A stretch of 64,000 bases of DNA from Methanobacteriota archaeon (GTDB lineage: Archaea; Thermoplasmatota; Poseidoniia; Poseidoniales; Thalassarchaeaceae), in the NCBI GenBank assembly GCA_002718995.2, contig PBGL02000007.1:2306-66305 (forward strand), read 5' to 3'. The notes beneath the pieces are model-generated. The model saw nothing but the letters and a program-made list of their open reading frames with translations. It had not been told where the DNA came from and searched no databases. The position numbers and the translations under genes are program-made. This document shows positions 47,801 through 57,461 of the stretch, in pieces; positions within the stretch are counted from its first letter, which is position 1; every line of letters starts with the position of its first letter.

Positions 47801-50800
47801 GTTGAGTGTAGGATTTAGGGCGTTACCGGCTCTGTCGACTATTCCACTGCCATTGCTTGAAGTGAGTGTTCCGCTGATATCCAGGAACTCACCAGCAGCG
47901 GGATTTGACGTAATTGGATCAAATGTTATGTTGGTAGGGGATCTGACTGTGATTGTGTTGATCACCGTAGAGGAAGGGTGAAGGGTATCTGAGCCGTTGG
48001 AGCCGTTGAAAAAGAGGAAAATTGGCATTAGCCCCAGAGGGTGAGAATGGGGGACAGAGAATGTGAAATTGACTAAACCCTGGCCATTAGTAGGTTGTTC
48101 CGGTATCAGCCAGGTCTCATGGAATAATGCCGAAACTGACATGTCGGAGAGTTGCCTATCCCCATCACTTGATTCGACCAGCCTTGCTCCGAATGTGATA
48201 GACGTCCCTCTGTCCACTATGGTGTTTAGGATGGGATTCCTGTCAGTAATTTGGGTAACGCCACGAACTAGGATAGTTTCATTCCCAGTTCCCGTCAGAT
48301 AGAAGGGAGTACTGCCATTTTCCACGCTCACAACTACCGTCTTGAGACCATTAGTTACGCCGTCCCCAAGTGGATCGGTGGGGACTGATATTGAAAACGA
48401 GCCATTTGCTGCAGTAACGTGTCCTGTGATTAGAGTCTCACTGGGGTCATTCAAGAAAAATACCTCCACCGTCATAGGCCCCGATACCGAGCGATTCTCA
48501 TCCACGCCATCTAGGACCTGGCCCTGTAGTTGGAAGAACTGCCCGGCAGTTACTTCTGGCAATGGCGAGTTGTCGATTCTTATGCTACTCGCAACCTGCA
48601 CCGTCAGGTTGACCACGCTCTCGTTCCCAATCCACCTTCCAGCATTTGGTGTAGTCAAACTATCAGTTAGGTCGTCAGGGGCGTGGAGTCTGACATCATA
48701 GTAACCAGGGGGGGCATCTGCGGGGATTGTCGGGGTGAACCTCGCGACACCATCCGACCCAGTGACAGTGGAATTGAGAACCTGCTGCAGAGGGCCGCCC
48801 CAATCGAAGTACAGATCGACAGTAGTATTCTGCAGTCTGTTATTGCTCTCGACATCGGTGACTGTGGCATTCGAGATCAAAGTCTGGCCCGCGATTACGA
48901 TTGACTGCAGTGGTTCTGCTTCCACCACATACTCGGTCTGGACCCCTGCTTGGAGGACCACTGCCCCGGGAACCAAGTAGTAGGCCCCGCCTGTGGGAGG
49001 GCTCTTCTCAAAGTCAAGAATCAGCCTGAGGTCGTACACACCGGCTCCAACGCCAGCGGGCATCTGGAAGGTGATGTTGTACTCTCCTGTCGTATTATCT
49101 ATCCACTGCTCCCCGAGCCTGTAAGTTACTGGCGGGGCGTCTAGGCCATCGGGAGTAGGGGGTTGGTCGGATGGGACTTCCATGTTGATAATGATCGAGG
49201 AGTTATTGCCCAGTATTGTGCTGTTTAGGTTAATGTCTCTCGCAAAGCCGGAAATCCATGAGGACTGGCCGCGGGGAGTCCATTCCGAGCCAAGCGTGAA
49301 TGAGACGTCAGCTCTTCCTTGAACTCTTACGGTATCTAAAACGCTGTTAGGAAGAAGCCAAGTTGACCCACTGAAGTTCAGTTGCCAGGGGTAGTCTCCG
49401 GCCTCCATATCTATGGTTGGCCTGAACGAAACCATCACACGGGGAAGCTCTGGATCAGACTGGTTCCATGCCAACTCACCGTTGAAGTCCAGTGTGTAGT
49501 CTCCAACGAAACTCGCAACAGAATTACCAGTGTGGTCAGACAGCGTAACTTCGACCTCAGAGTCTGATCCGACAGGGGCTGGATTCAGTATGTAACTGAA
49601 ATTTACATAGCTCTTTACGCCATGCTCATCGATTACTACTGATTCGTCTTTCGCGAACAAGCCATCAGCTTCGAACTGATATCTGATTTCCACAAGACCG
49701 GCAGGAACTGGAACCTCTGACGCCGAGAATGACCAGTTGACTGCGAATTGGCCCAAGGCCCCCGTCCAGTCTGAGTCATTGAGGTACCATGAGTTCAGTG
49801 TGGTGAAGGGACCGTTGGCTGCGGATCGGCGCATCTGCAATGTTAGGGTGCCATTGAGTGCCTCTGGGATGATTGACCTGCTGAGTACGGTGCCGTTCAG
49901 ATATATCGGCTGGTCGATTTCTAGAATGGTATTGTTCAAACCCTGGCCCTCCAGAGTCACTGTGAGATTAGGTGCTGGAGTAAGGTTGAGATTGAGTCCT
50001 ACTGACTTGGGGCGCAGGTGGTAGAGGGGTGAGCTTGCATTGTTGAGGTCCTCTTCGTGCCAACCTAAGAAATTCAGAGTAGCGGAAATTAGCCCCTCCT
50101 GCTCCGATTCATCTATTGGGACCGAGAATTCGTAATATCCGCCTGCACCAACACTGGAAATCAGACTAACTGGACCATCGGCTGAGGTAGTATAGTTTAG
50201 CACCACTTGCAGGCTATCTAACTGTGTAATATCGTTGTAGGGCTCACTTGATAGAGAAATTTCCCCCACGAGTGTCGTGTTGACTCCGATGCCTATCTTT
50301 GGCTCGTCCGCGGGCTCAGGCTCTGTTATTGACATGGCCACATCGTCAGTGATATTCAACCTCCATGGGAAAGTAATGCCCTGTGAGCCGACATATCCAT
50401 TCTGGTACGTACGAAGTACAAGGGCGCCATAGCCCGGATTAATCACCTCCTGAGGCTGTCCTGTGATATTGAAAGAGCCGTTCTCATCAGTCACAGCGGA
50501 TCCCACATAATGCTCTTCCAATGCTGCAGAACCGGGTATATTCTCGGTCTGATTTGACTTCACCAGATACATGTCAATTGTAATATTCCCAACAGAAGTC
50601 TGATTTTCAGTGAACCTCAATACCCCATCGAGGGAGAGATTCCCTGAAGACAGATCCCTTTCAAACCAAATCGGACCCCGATTCTCATCTACGACTTCGA
50701 CGGTAGAGAGGGAAGGGCACGCCTCAAATGGGATCCAACCGAGATCGGCATTACCCAAGTTGGAGTTAGTCTGGAGATGGACCTCGACCCATGTCGTGAA

Positions 50801-53800
50801 GTCTTTTCCATACACCTCGAAAGACGTGCCTGTCCACTTTCCTCCGGAGAAGCCAGTAACCTTACGAGCAGGTATTCCAGCGGAACGTAACATTACAGCA
50901 AAAAGCGTACTGAACTGATCGCAATCGCCCTCGAATGAGTTATTCAAGATCCAGTAGGATAGGTCGTCCTCATCATCTAGAACCCCCACTTCTGTCCCAT
51001 TGTGATTCCTCAGGAAAGTAGTAGTGGAATTTCCATTAATGATAAAGTCCTGAATTGCCGACACTCTATCCCAAGCCGAGAAGGCGCCTGACTCGTTGAT
51101 TACTGTCGTTGTTATGGAATTGACGAAGTTGGCTGCGTTCCCCTTTGCCAGATATGAGCTAGGAAGGTCGGTCGCATAGGTACTATTGGCGAATTCAGTG
51201 GTATTTTCCCTAATAGCCTGTGTAATCAAAACTTGTGGAGCGGTGACGAATAGGGTATCTATGGTGGCACCGTCCACTATTGCGTCCCTGGTGAAGTTCG
51301 AGAAATTGAGTCCTGCATTCGCATCGGTCCATCCTGTGTAATTGACAGCATTGTGAGGGGCTATGATTTCCTCACCGGGGAAAATCAGAGCTCCGGACTC
51401 GAGGGATATCTCCCAACCGAGTACCTCGGAGCCGTCCCAGAACTGTTGGTCGGCAACGCCCTGCGTCGTAGAGAATCCGGGGAACATCTGAGTGTTTCCA
51501 ACGAGGCTGGTGTTGACACCCCAAGAAATCCCCGTGTAGAAGTCGTATGTATGCCACCTCCAGTAATGAGTGATATTGGGATCGACCCCAGCAGATGTGT
51601 TCGTGGCCTCGAAGAACATCATGTTGGCATCTATATCGTCTGCGGGATCCCAAGGATTTCCATCGGCATTTAGGCAATTAATGTCCCAAAATTCGGAAGT
51701 ACACTCCTGGCCATCAGGTATTCCTCCTCCGTCTGTATCCGGATCCCTCCAGTCTGTGCCGGTGGAATTCTCGATTGTGTCCGGTATTCCGTCCCCGTCG
51801 GTATCTACTGGGTTAAGATCGTCATTAGGGTTATTCTGGGGATTTGTCCCATCTAGGTACTCCTGGAAGTCGGTCACCCCCCCATTGTCCGTGTCGGTTA
51901 CATTCCACAATGTGAAGTAAGTATCAGTAGTGGCGTTGCCCCCTAAGTCACCGAAGGCGACAAGGCAAACCGTTGTATTCTCAAAGTAGTTGTTTAGCCC
52001 GTCCCCATCTGAGTCCAGTAGGTTATCGCAGGGGTTGCTTGGATCGGTGAGGTTCAGGATCTCGTCTAAATCATTAACTCCATCGCCGTCGGTATCTGAC
52101 ATATTCCAGTCAGATAAGAAACCAAAACTTCCTGTTGATTCCTCCCAGTCAGCCAGGCCATCCCCATCAGTATCGAAATAGTCATCGTCGCATATCGGAT
52201 CATTGGACAACCCGAGCGATTGATCCCAGCACCAAGAGAAATTTACGAATGTCACGGATGTAGCGTCAGGAGGCTTGTCCGTGTCTATGCCCCTCAATGC
52301 ATCTCCATTGATGGATGTGAATCTAAAACCGGTTAGACTGCCATTAGTTGATGAGACATAGAATCCCATTGGCTCCCCATTCTGCCTCCAATCCTCGGGG
52401 GTCTGGTCGAGCGCGGAGGTATCGTTCAACGTAAGTACCATATTAGTGGCATCGAAGTCTATGATAGTCAAATTCAGCGTTTGCAGGGAGGTGCATGGAT
52501 CGGTGCCATGAGATGGGTCGAGTTCAGAACCGTCACTAATTCCCCCTCCGTCTGTATCCGCAACATTCCACAGGGTACATGTCATATTTTCTTCCCAATT
52601 TGGTATTCCGTCATCATCGAAGTCGCCCGAATCCTCAATCCTAGTTGGATCAGTCTCATTTTCATCGACGATGCCGTTTCCATTCAGATCCTCCTCGCCG
52701 TCATCGAACTGGTCATCATCTGTATTGTTGTCCCTTGGATCGCTTGCTAAAGGAGGGTCACCATACTGCGCATTGACCTCGACGCCGTCGCTAATTCCGT
52801 CTCCATCGGTATCGGAGGAAGTCGGGTCAGTAAGCAAGACGAGTGCCTCATATGAGTCATTTAGGCCATCGCCATCAGTATCATTCAGTTGGGGGTCTGT
52901 GGAGGTTATTCCGTCTACCTCGGCGGTGAAAATAAGACAACCGCCCGGACCCAGCAGAAGTACCGGGTTGCAAGGCGATTCTGTGGCCGTCATGCTCAAA
53001 GGACCAGGGCGGAAATATTGGGTGGGAGGAGTGGTAGAACCATTCCTGGTCCCCCAAGCAGGGTTGACGAATTCCTTCAGGTTGACCAGCCCATCGCCAT
53101 CTGGATCCCCGAATGCTCCGTCTTGATTGGTGCGGGAGGTTGGATCTAGGCCATTTGCTACCTCCCAGCCGTCTGGCATACCATCTCCATCGGTGTCCCA
53201 ACCATTGGGATCCTCATCGATGGCTCCATCGCCATCATCGTCATCACTGGTGCAGTTTGAGTCCCCGTCCCCGTCTGCATCGAAATTATCGACCAGTCCA
53301 TCCTTGTCATCATCGAATGAATTGAAGCAGATATTACCCCAGGGATCCTCATCGGCTCCGTCTGAACCCAATCCCTGAATGAGCTGCATGGCGCTCTCCT
53401 CGTCCCAATTACTTACTGGGACGGTACCATTCCACCAAACGCCATTGTCCAGCTCATTTGGAGTATTTGTGGAGTCCCAATTCGCTGGAATTCCATACAT
53501 GTACTCATTCAGATTAGAAAGAGAGTCGCCATCTGGATCGCCGGTTGACCCATTATCGCCTGTTGCGGAAAGGGGATTAAGTCCGTATTGCCATTCCCAG
53601 CCGTCAGGGAGGCCATCATTGTCAGTGTCCCAGTCCTGGGGCTGAGTATTGATGTAGAACTCAAGACCATAGGAAAGGCCGTCGCCGTCCTGGTCGGTGG
53701 ATGCCAATGCCTCCCATGAAGCAAACTCCAATGCTGAGTATGAAGAAAGGAGCATCAAGATAGAGAAAATAATGGCTGACCGGCTCTTACTGAGCCCGTC

Positions 53801-53836
53801 CTTATCCAACCCTTTGGATTGATTGAATGAGCCCAT
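44882..53836 (-). CDS. Giant (about 2,980 aa) surface protein: Ca-binding DxDxDG repeats, transglutaminase-like domain, tandem Ig-like domains, TM helix and DUF4129-like tail
   Basis: N-terminal TSP3-like repeats, YWRWHTYDFYTGISW, GDCDQFSTLFAVMLRSAGIPARKVTGF, repeated TxxxGxF Ig strands, TM helix, then ETVREF...LDRIFEEARYSSH. Confidence 0.85.
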   Translation of the reverse strand: MGSFNQSKGLDKDGLSKSRSAIIFSILMLLSSYSALEFASWEALASTDQDGDGLSYGLEFYINTQPQDWDTDNDGLPDGWEWQYGLNPLSATGDNGSTGDPDGDSLSNLNEYMYGIPANWDSTNTPNELDNGVWWNGTVPVSNWDEESAMQLIQGLGSDGADEDPWGNICFNSFDDDKDGLVDNFDADGDGDSNCTSDDDDGDGAIDEDPNGWDTDGDGMPDGWEVANGLDPTSRTNQDGAFGDPDGDGLVNLKEFVNPAWGTRNGSTTPPTQYFRPGPLSMTATESPCNPVLLLGPGGCLIFTAEVDGITSTDPQLNDTDGDGLNDSYEALVLLTDPTSSDTDGDGISDGVEVNAQYGDPPLASDPRDNNTDDDQFDDGEEDLNGNGIVDENETDPTRIEDSGDFDDDGIPNWEENMTCTLWNVADTDGGGISDGSELDPSHGTDPCTSLQTLNLTIIDFDATNMVLTLNDTSALDQTPEDWRQNGEPMGFYVSSTNGSLTGFRFTSINGDALRGIDTDKPPDATSVTFVNFSWCWDQSLGLSNDPICDDDYFDTDGDGLADWEESTGSFGFLSDWNMSDTDGDGVNDLDEILNLTDPSNPCDNLLDSDGDGLNNYFENTTVCLVAFGDLGGNATTDTYFTLWNVTDTDNGGVTDFQEYLDGTNPQNNPNDDLNPVDTDGDGIPDTIENSTGTDWRDPDTDGGGIPDGQECTSEFWDINCLNADGNPWDPADDIDANMMFFEATNTSAGVDPNITHYWRWHTYDFYTGISWGVNTSLVGNTQMFPGFSTTQGVADQQFWDGSEVLGWEISLESGALIFPGEEIIAPHNAVNYTGWTDANAGLNFSNFTRDAIVDGATIDTLFVTAPQVLITQAIRENTTEFANSTYATDLPSSYLAKGNAANFVNSITTTVINESGAFSAWDRVSAIQDFIINGNSTTTFLRNHNGTEVGVLDDEDDLSYWILNNSFEGDCDQFSTLFAVMLRSAGIPARKVTGFSGGKWTGTSFEVYGKDFTTWVEVHLQTNSNLGNADLGWIPFEACPSLSTVEVVDENRGPIWFERDLSSGNLSLDGVLRFTENQTSVGNITIDMYLVKSNQTENIPGSAALEEHYVGSAVTDENGSFNITGQPQEVINPGYGALVLRTYQNGYVGSQGITFPWRLNITDDVAMSITEPEPADEPKIGIGVNTTLVGEISLSSEPYNDITQLDSLQVVLNYTTSADGPVSLISSVGAGGYYEFSVPIDESEQEGLISATLNFLGWHEEDLNNASSPLYHLRPKSVGLNLNLTPAPNLTVTLEGQGLNNTILEIDQPIYLNGTVLSRSIIPEALNGTLTLQMRRSAANGPFTTLNSWYLNDSDWTGALGQFAVNWSFSASEVPVPAGLVEIRYQFEADGLFAKDESVVIDEHGVKSYVNFSYILNPAPVGSDSEVEVTLSDHTGNSVASFVGDYTLDFNGELAWNQSDPELPRVMVSFRPTIDMEAGDYPWQLNFSGSTWLLPNSVLDTVRVQGRADVSFTLGSEWTPRGQSSWISGFARDINLNSTILGNNSSIIINMEVPSDQPPTPDGLDAPPVTYRLGEQWIDNTTGEYNITFQMPAGVGAGVYDLRLILDFEKSPPTGGAYYLVPGAVVLQAGVQTEYVVEAEPLQSIVIAGQTLISNATVTDVESNNRLQNTTVDLYFDWGGPLQQVLNSTVTGSDGVARFTPTIPADAPPGYYDVRLHAPDDLTDSLTTPNAGRWIGNESVVNLTVQVASSIRIDNSPLPEVTAGQFFQLQGQVLDGVDENRSVSGPMTVEVFFLNDPSETLITGHVTAANGSFSISVPTDPLGDGVTNGLKTVVVSVENGSTPFYLTGTGNETILVRGVTQITDRNPILNTIVDRGTSITFGARLVESSDGDRQLSDMSVSALFHETWLIPEQPTNGQGLVNFTFSVPHSHPLGLMPIFLFFNGSNGSDTLHPSSTVINTITVRSPTNITFDPITSNPAAGEFLDISGTLTSSNGSGIVDRAGNALNPTLNFAIDGDTNSFSVTGGTVDANGSWSARIFLDLSFPRGTHNITASYTPSVNYYGPSSEDGTFDSRGFSMLSIISPTDLDPDERTVRGDNITLNMSLIDNSGQFVPGAQVDVSIDGVQSWSGLTDEGGILTTVITTDPNRAPGPMTITATFAGINGTTGLLGDETWTRVVILAPSVLDVISVTGSAIAGETVTFTGTLLDEHGLPLVENGEDQGGVVHLSIDGIDVGPVYTSISNSSTGVWSITYDLPLDTDYGVHTFTVDFLGGFTWVDPMGQGDSLNPEYYLPSTLTHEFNATQTSQVVLTTPPGEVDRNELLLIEGMLTDGAGRVLPGRNLDVYMNDQFLTSLSVTENGTFSLFFPVPPDMPLGPRNVRIEFGGEEFVIGSNSTTIFTVFGPAEVSVEQPSPVAVGDVLQLSGSVKDNLPDGWLENHSLQIFIDGILIGTTTTDEDGLWSHSWVVSEFLDVGQHTLTVVAPNQGYHREGSVEANLTIAYHTGMTLQVENNVVTRGGSWNLTGRLFDADSTGNPGLEGRELSFLLDGEEVSTITTSIDGTFSISHELGYLISRGSHDVSLVFAGEQLYLSNSINATVYARADIQIEILFLEDEVVRSDGNRPIRVLGRIIEIGGEGNTMEEMDLSLYWGDSLRPNTKISWDETTGQFLVESNAISTMPPGTASMSIVVDPDSSRFLNGGEIGFEVVIKVPVNFEFIPDSLYLEIGQSSLSGRVNVTATDRVEVIEGVSITARLVNATSTHFTVVGVTNQDGIFTYNFESFHEGHPLWDRDFWGDLSVEFSSDSDIIDPIDAARLSQFAVVEVEYQPEQGASLVGPAMAALAMLVIIGLAAVGAILLRRRKQAAIDELAGVFSYTAELLAAGDEVREAIFNCYEGLCQILMSRGFLRRDFETVREFELAIRNALPISEQALLSLDRIFEEARYSSHVLGEPHREGAQMALSAVLQEIDQLEEVPSRESAIVPQE

Positions 53837-53918
53837 GCTACGCAACCCCTTGCTCTTGGGCGCAAAGTAGGGCACTTAAGAGGAATGGAGCGTCGTTCGG
53901 ACAATGACTCGCTACTAA

Positions 53919-56852
53919 TCAAACCAGTTCGATGTCATCATCCTCATATTGGTCGTCTTCTTCCTCTTCTATAGACACAACTGGAGCTGGTAAATCATCA
54001 TCTTCATCATCCTCCAAATCATCATCTGAATCATCGGAAATAGCATCCAAATATGCCATGTGTGCCTTCCATCTCCTCCTGTTCATGGCACCTTGTATTC
54101 CTGCGATTAGTAGCATTGCTGCAACTAGGCCGACGACGTAGGTAGAAAGCCGCGGGTGCGTGATCTCGTTTACTAGCCTGTCAATCAGAGAGGAAATGCC
54201 CACCCTCATCACTACCGTCTTCTCTGCTGTGGCATCGTCGGGCCAGCTCTGCTGGGTATCGAAGGGGGTTGCCGAGACTAATACATCAGCTGTCTCGCCA
54301 TTGTTTGCTGAATCTGGAACGTTGACGTCCAAGACGAATGTTACTTCCTCAAATGCATCCAGTACTATCAGAACTGATCCTGAAGGGCCGTCGATGTCGA
54401 CTGTCCATCCAGTTCCATCGACCTCGGCCTCTAGCAGGACTGTCAATGGGCTATTACCCAAGTTCTTGACCTTCATCTGGATAGGGTATGATTCGCCGGG
54501 GACCAAGAGCCTATTGGGCGTAACTTGGACAATTTCCAAATTGGGGTCATCGGCGTCTATCTCAAACACCATTGGTAGGTCGAAGTACTTGGCATCGTCA
54601 TCCGTAGTATCTTCGACTATCCTCAGGTAAACTGTATGATTTCCGAATTCAACCTGATTTGTCAGAGTCACAGTCACGAAAACCTCAGTCTCATCTCCCG
54701 GTGCCAGAGACACACGGGGAACTGCATTCCCCGACGAGTCCTCGATTCTGAATTGCCATTGCCCATATGCCGCGTTTCTGTCGGTGTTCTCATCCAAAGA
54801 TGCAGGATTCTGGATCCTCCACCAAGTGGCCGATTCGCCGGATGTCATTGTATTGGTGATCTTTGCCCTGAGTGAAACTTGTGCGTTTCCTGGGCCTGGT
54901 GCACAGAGGGAAACTGTGATGTGGCCAAGTGGGGAGCCATCGCAGTCATAGGAAACCTCAGCCCTGATACCAAAGGTACGTTGGATGGTGAATAATACAG
55001 TAGATCTCAATGAGGCGTTTCCAGAGCTTACCACCTCTATCTCGACTGGGCCAATGTCTGGGTCCTCCCTGTCAGCAGAGGGCTTGATCATCAGCCTCAG
55101 TGTTTGTGTATCGTGCCTGTCCAAGAGGACGGTGTGAAATGTTCCGTCGCCTTCATCTTCCAGAATCCGCTGACCTGTGTCGTTGTCATAGACATGGATA
55201 ATCGCCTTCGACCTTTGCAGAACGTCGATTCTGAATGTGTCGGCATCGAAACCGGTATTGAAAATCTCGAGGAGGAATGGTGTGAATTGGTCGTAGTCAA
55301 CATATCTAGGTATGGTTGAATCTATGTCATCGGGACGCGAGGAGTTTGCGATGGGTACATCGTGATCTTCTGACCAAATGGAAACTTGTGGTGGCTGGAA
55401 AACGTCAATCTTCTCCAAGTCAATTTGCAGAGTGTCTTGGTGGACAACGGTGAGTACCCCGTCGACCTCTGCTTCTGCAACTGCCCTGATGTCTATGGAG
55501 CCTGGAGCGCCAGTCAGATCCTCGGGTGCAGTAAGAGTGAGGATTGGATTCAGAATATCTCCGCCCGCATTCAGGGTGTAACCACCGGGTGAGTCGAATT
55601 CTAACAGCCAAGAGCTTGGGAAATTTGTTAGAACTTCCAACTCCACGTCCATCGACTTCGTCGAGTCGCCCCTGTGGACTAATTGTAGTGGAACGGGTGT
55701 TGTCTGACCTGGGGCCATATATTCTGTAGTGCGATCTAGCCTGTGATTCAATGCAACGCCCCACTGCTCCATGGTTACAGGCTCGTGCTCGATGATTACG
55801 CTGTTACCCTGAATATCAGAAACCTCGAGTTCTACAGAATATTCTCCAGACGGTATTCCGCTCGGATATGACCATAGATACTCTCCAAAGATTCCTTGGC
55901 TGGTATCTTCGATTTCCTCATCATCCTCATCGATGACATGGTCTATTCTATACATGCCATCAGGATCTCTCATCAGCAACCTCACAGAGTCTACGTCATA
56001 CCTGCCAAAACTACTCTTCACATCGAACGAGAATTGCATTACCCTCTCTGATAGAATGTCGTTCGGGTACCATTCCAACTCTGGCCCCTCTGCGAGTTCT
56101 GCACCCTCTCTCTGAAGGAGTACAAGACTGTTGGAAATTGCATTTGCCTCGATCTCGAGTGTGCTGAACCTGTCATCGCCATCGATCTCATTCCATGCCA
56201 CCTCTGCCTCGCAACTTGAGCCGAATGGACTTCCGCCGCTATCACATCCAGACATGTCAGCATCGACAATCAACTCAAGACGCTCGTCCTTGTCGATTGT
56301 GAATCTTTGGTTATTCCCTAAATCAATCTCAAATGTCTCGTGATCGAAGCTGCAGCTCTGAGTGATTCCGGGGTTGCATGCGTCTGTACTCCAAGAAACT
56401 GAGCCGACTTGGCTTCCCGATGACTTGAGGGTGATTGTCCATTCTACCGTAGAGGTGTCCGGACCAGTTGCCCTCATGAATAGGCCCAATGGGAGATAGT
56501 AAGATCCAGAGCCCGAGCCATGATTGGGTCGGCCTGCGACGTCCAATGACGAAAGCATGGGACTTGTTCGAAACTCTATGCTGTTATCGAGAGCGCTCAT
56601 TGACTCCTGGCCCCCGGACTCCGGGACCTGTGTTGTGATGTACCCATCGCCACCCGCAGAGGAGTTCTGAGAAGCGAAATACATTGTATAGAGGTTTAAT
56701 TGAACGTCTGAACTTGCTTTAATCGTGGATTCTTCCGGGAGTTCGTATTGGTTGTCTGAAACCATTCCAAATGGCATCAACATCAGTACTGAAAGTGCTA
56801 GAGCCAGCCTGAAACGGCGGGACGCGCTATTCGCTATGCTGCTCGCATACAC
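53919..56852 (-). CDS. Large surface protein with Ig-like domains and C-terminal membrane anchor
   Basis: Signal peptide RRFRLALALSVLMLMP, Ig-like segments (FNTGFDADTF, KVKNLGNSPL), TM helix and an acidic tail. GTG start. Confidence 0.78.
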   Translation of the reverse strand: MYASSIANSASRRFRLALALSVLMLMPFGMVSDNQYELPEESTIKASSDVQLNLYTMYFASQNSSAGGDGYITTQVPESGGQESMSALDNSIEFRTSPMLSSLDVAGRPNHGSGSGSYYLPLGLFMRATGPDTSTVEWTITLKSSGSQVGSVSWSTDACNPGITQSCSFDHETFEIDLGNNQRFTIDKDERLELIVDADMSGCDSGGSPFGSSCEAEVAWNEIDGDDRFSTLEIEANAISNSLVLLQREGAELAEGPELEWYPNDILSERVMQFSFDVKSSFGRYDVDSVRLLMRDPDGMYRIDHVIDEDDEEIEDTSQGIFGEYLWSYPSGIPSGEYSVELEVSDIQGNSVIIEHEPVTMEQWGVALNHRLDRTTEYMAPGQTTPVPLQLVHRGDSTKSMDVELEVLTNFPSSWLLEFDSPGGYTLNAGGDILNPILTLTAPEDLTGAPGSIDIRAVAEAEVDGVLTVVHQDTLQIDLEKIDVFQPPQVSIWSEDHDVPIANSSRPDDIDSTIPRYVDYDQFTPFLLEIFNTGFDADTFRIDVLQRSKAIIHVYDNDTGQRILEDEGDGTFHTVLLDRHDTQTLRLMIKPSADREDPDIGPVEIEVVSSGNASLRSTVLFTIQRTFGIRAEVSYDCDGSPLGHITVSLCAPGPGNAQVSLRAKITNTMTSGESATWWRIQNPASLDENTDRNAAYGQWQFRIEDSSGNAVPRVSLAPGDETEVFVTVTLTNQVEFGNHTVYLRIVEDTTDDDAKYFDLPMVFEIDADDPNLEIVQVTPNRLLVPGESYPIQMKVKNLGNSPLTVLLEAEVDGTGWTVDIDGPSGSVLIVLDAFEEVTFVLDVNVPDSANNGETADVLVSATPFDTQQSWPDDATAEKTVVMRVGISSLIDRLVNEITHPRLSTYVVGLVAAMLLIAGIQGAMNRRRWKAHMAYLDAISDDSDDDLEDDEDDDLPAPVVSIEEEEDDQYEDDDIELV

Positions 56853-56969
56853 GTCTTGTCGCCCACAGGAGTGGCGTTAAAGCGTTCGTGCCCTAAGGGC
56901 ACGTGATAAGTCGGTTCTGGGGGTTGTCAAAGCGCTCGATTCAAGGAGGAGGACCCGCGCTCAGGGGTT

Positions 56970-57055
56970 GCAGAGGTACCCGAGTTGGTCAAAGGGGCCG
57001 GACTTAAGCTCCGGTGCATAGTGCTTCGCAGGTTCAAATCCTGCCCTCTGCACCA
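56970..57055 (+). tRNA. tRNA-Leu(TAA)
   Basis: GCAGAGG acceptor stem, anticodon arm CCGGA-CTTAAGC-TCCGG, variable arm, GTTCAAATC, encoded CCA. Confidence 0.95.
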
Positions 57056-57056
57056 A

Positions 57057-57461
57057 TCATCTGATGCGTGTCATGGAACAGCCGAGCTCGCCCTCAATCC
57101 CTGCAATGTCGAGTTTCTTGATAGACACAGTAGCAGCAGCTATCTCTGCAGGGGACATTATCTCGTCCAGCAATTCTGATGCAAGGGTCTCCAAAAGGGC
57201 GTTCCTACCCCTTGTGGCGACTCTATCAATCGAAGAAGAAAGAAATTCGTAATCGAGAACCATGTCAATCTGATCCTCTTCCGGCTTGGATGCGCCCTCT
57301 AGGATTACGTAAAGATCGAAACTAACCCTTTGGGGATTGCCAATCTCATGATCATGGACGCCGATATCGAGCTCCCTCACGGAGTTCTCCAAGAACAGAG
57401 TCGTAAACTCGTTGGCCCCAGATTTTGCCATTTCTCTTAGCAACTCCGCATATGAACTCAA
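57057..57461 (-). CDS. folB: Dihydroneopterin aldolase (bacterial FolB type)
   Basis: IGVHDHE...QRVSFDL, VLDYE, LLETLA and the catalytic Lys region SIKK. Confidence 0.82.
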   Translation of the reverse strand: MSSYAELLREMAKSGANEFTTLFLENSVRELDIGVHDHEIGNPQRVSFDLYVILEGASKPEEDQIDMVLDYEFLSSSIDRVATRGRNALLETLASELLDEIMSPAEIAAATVSIKKLDIAGIEGELGCSMTRIR

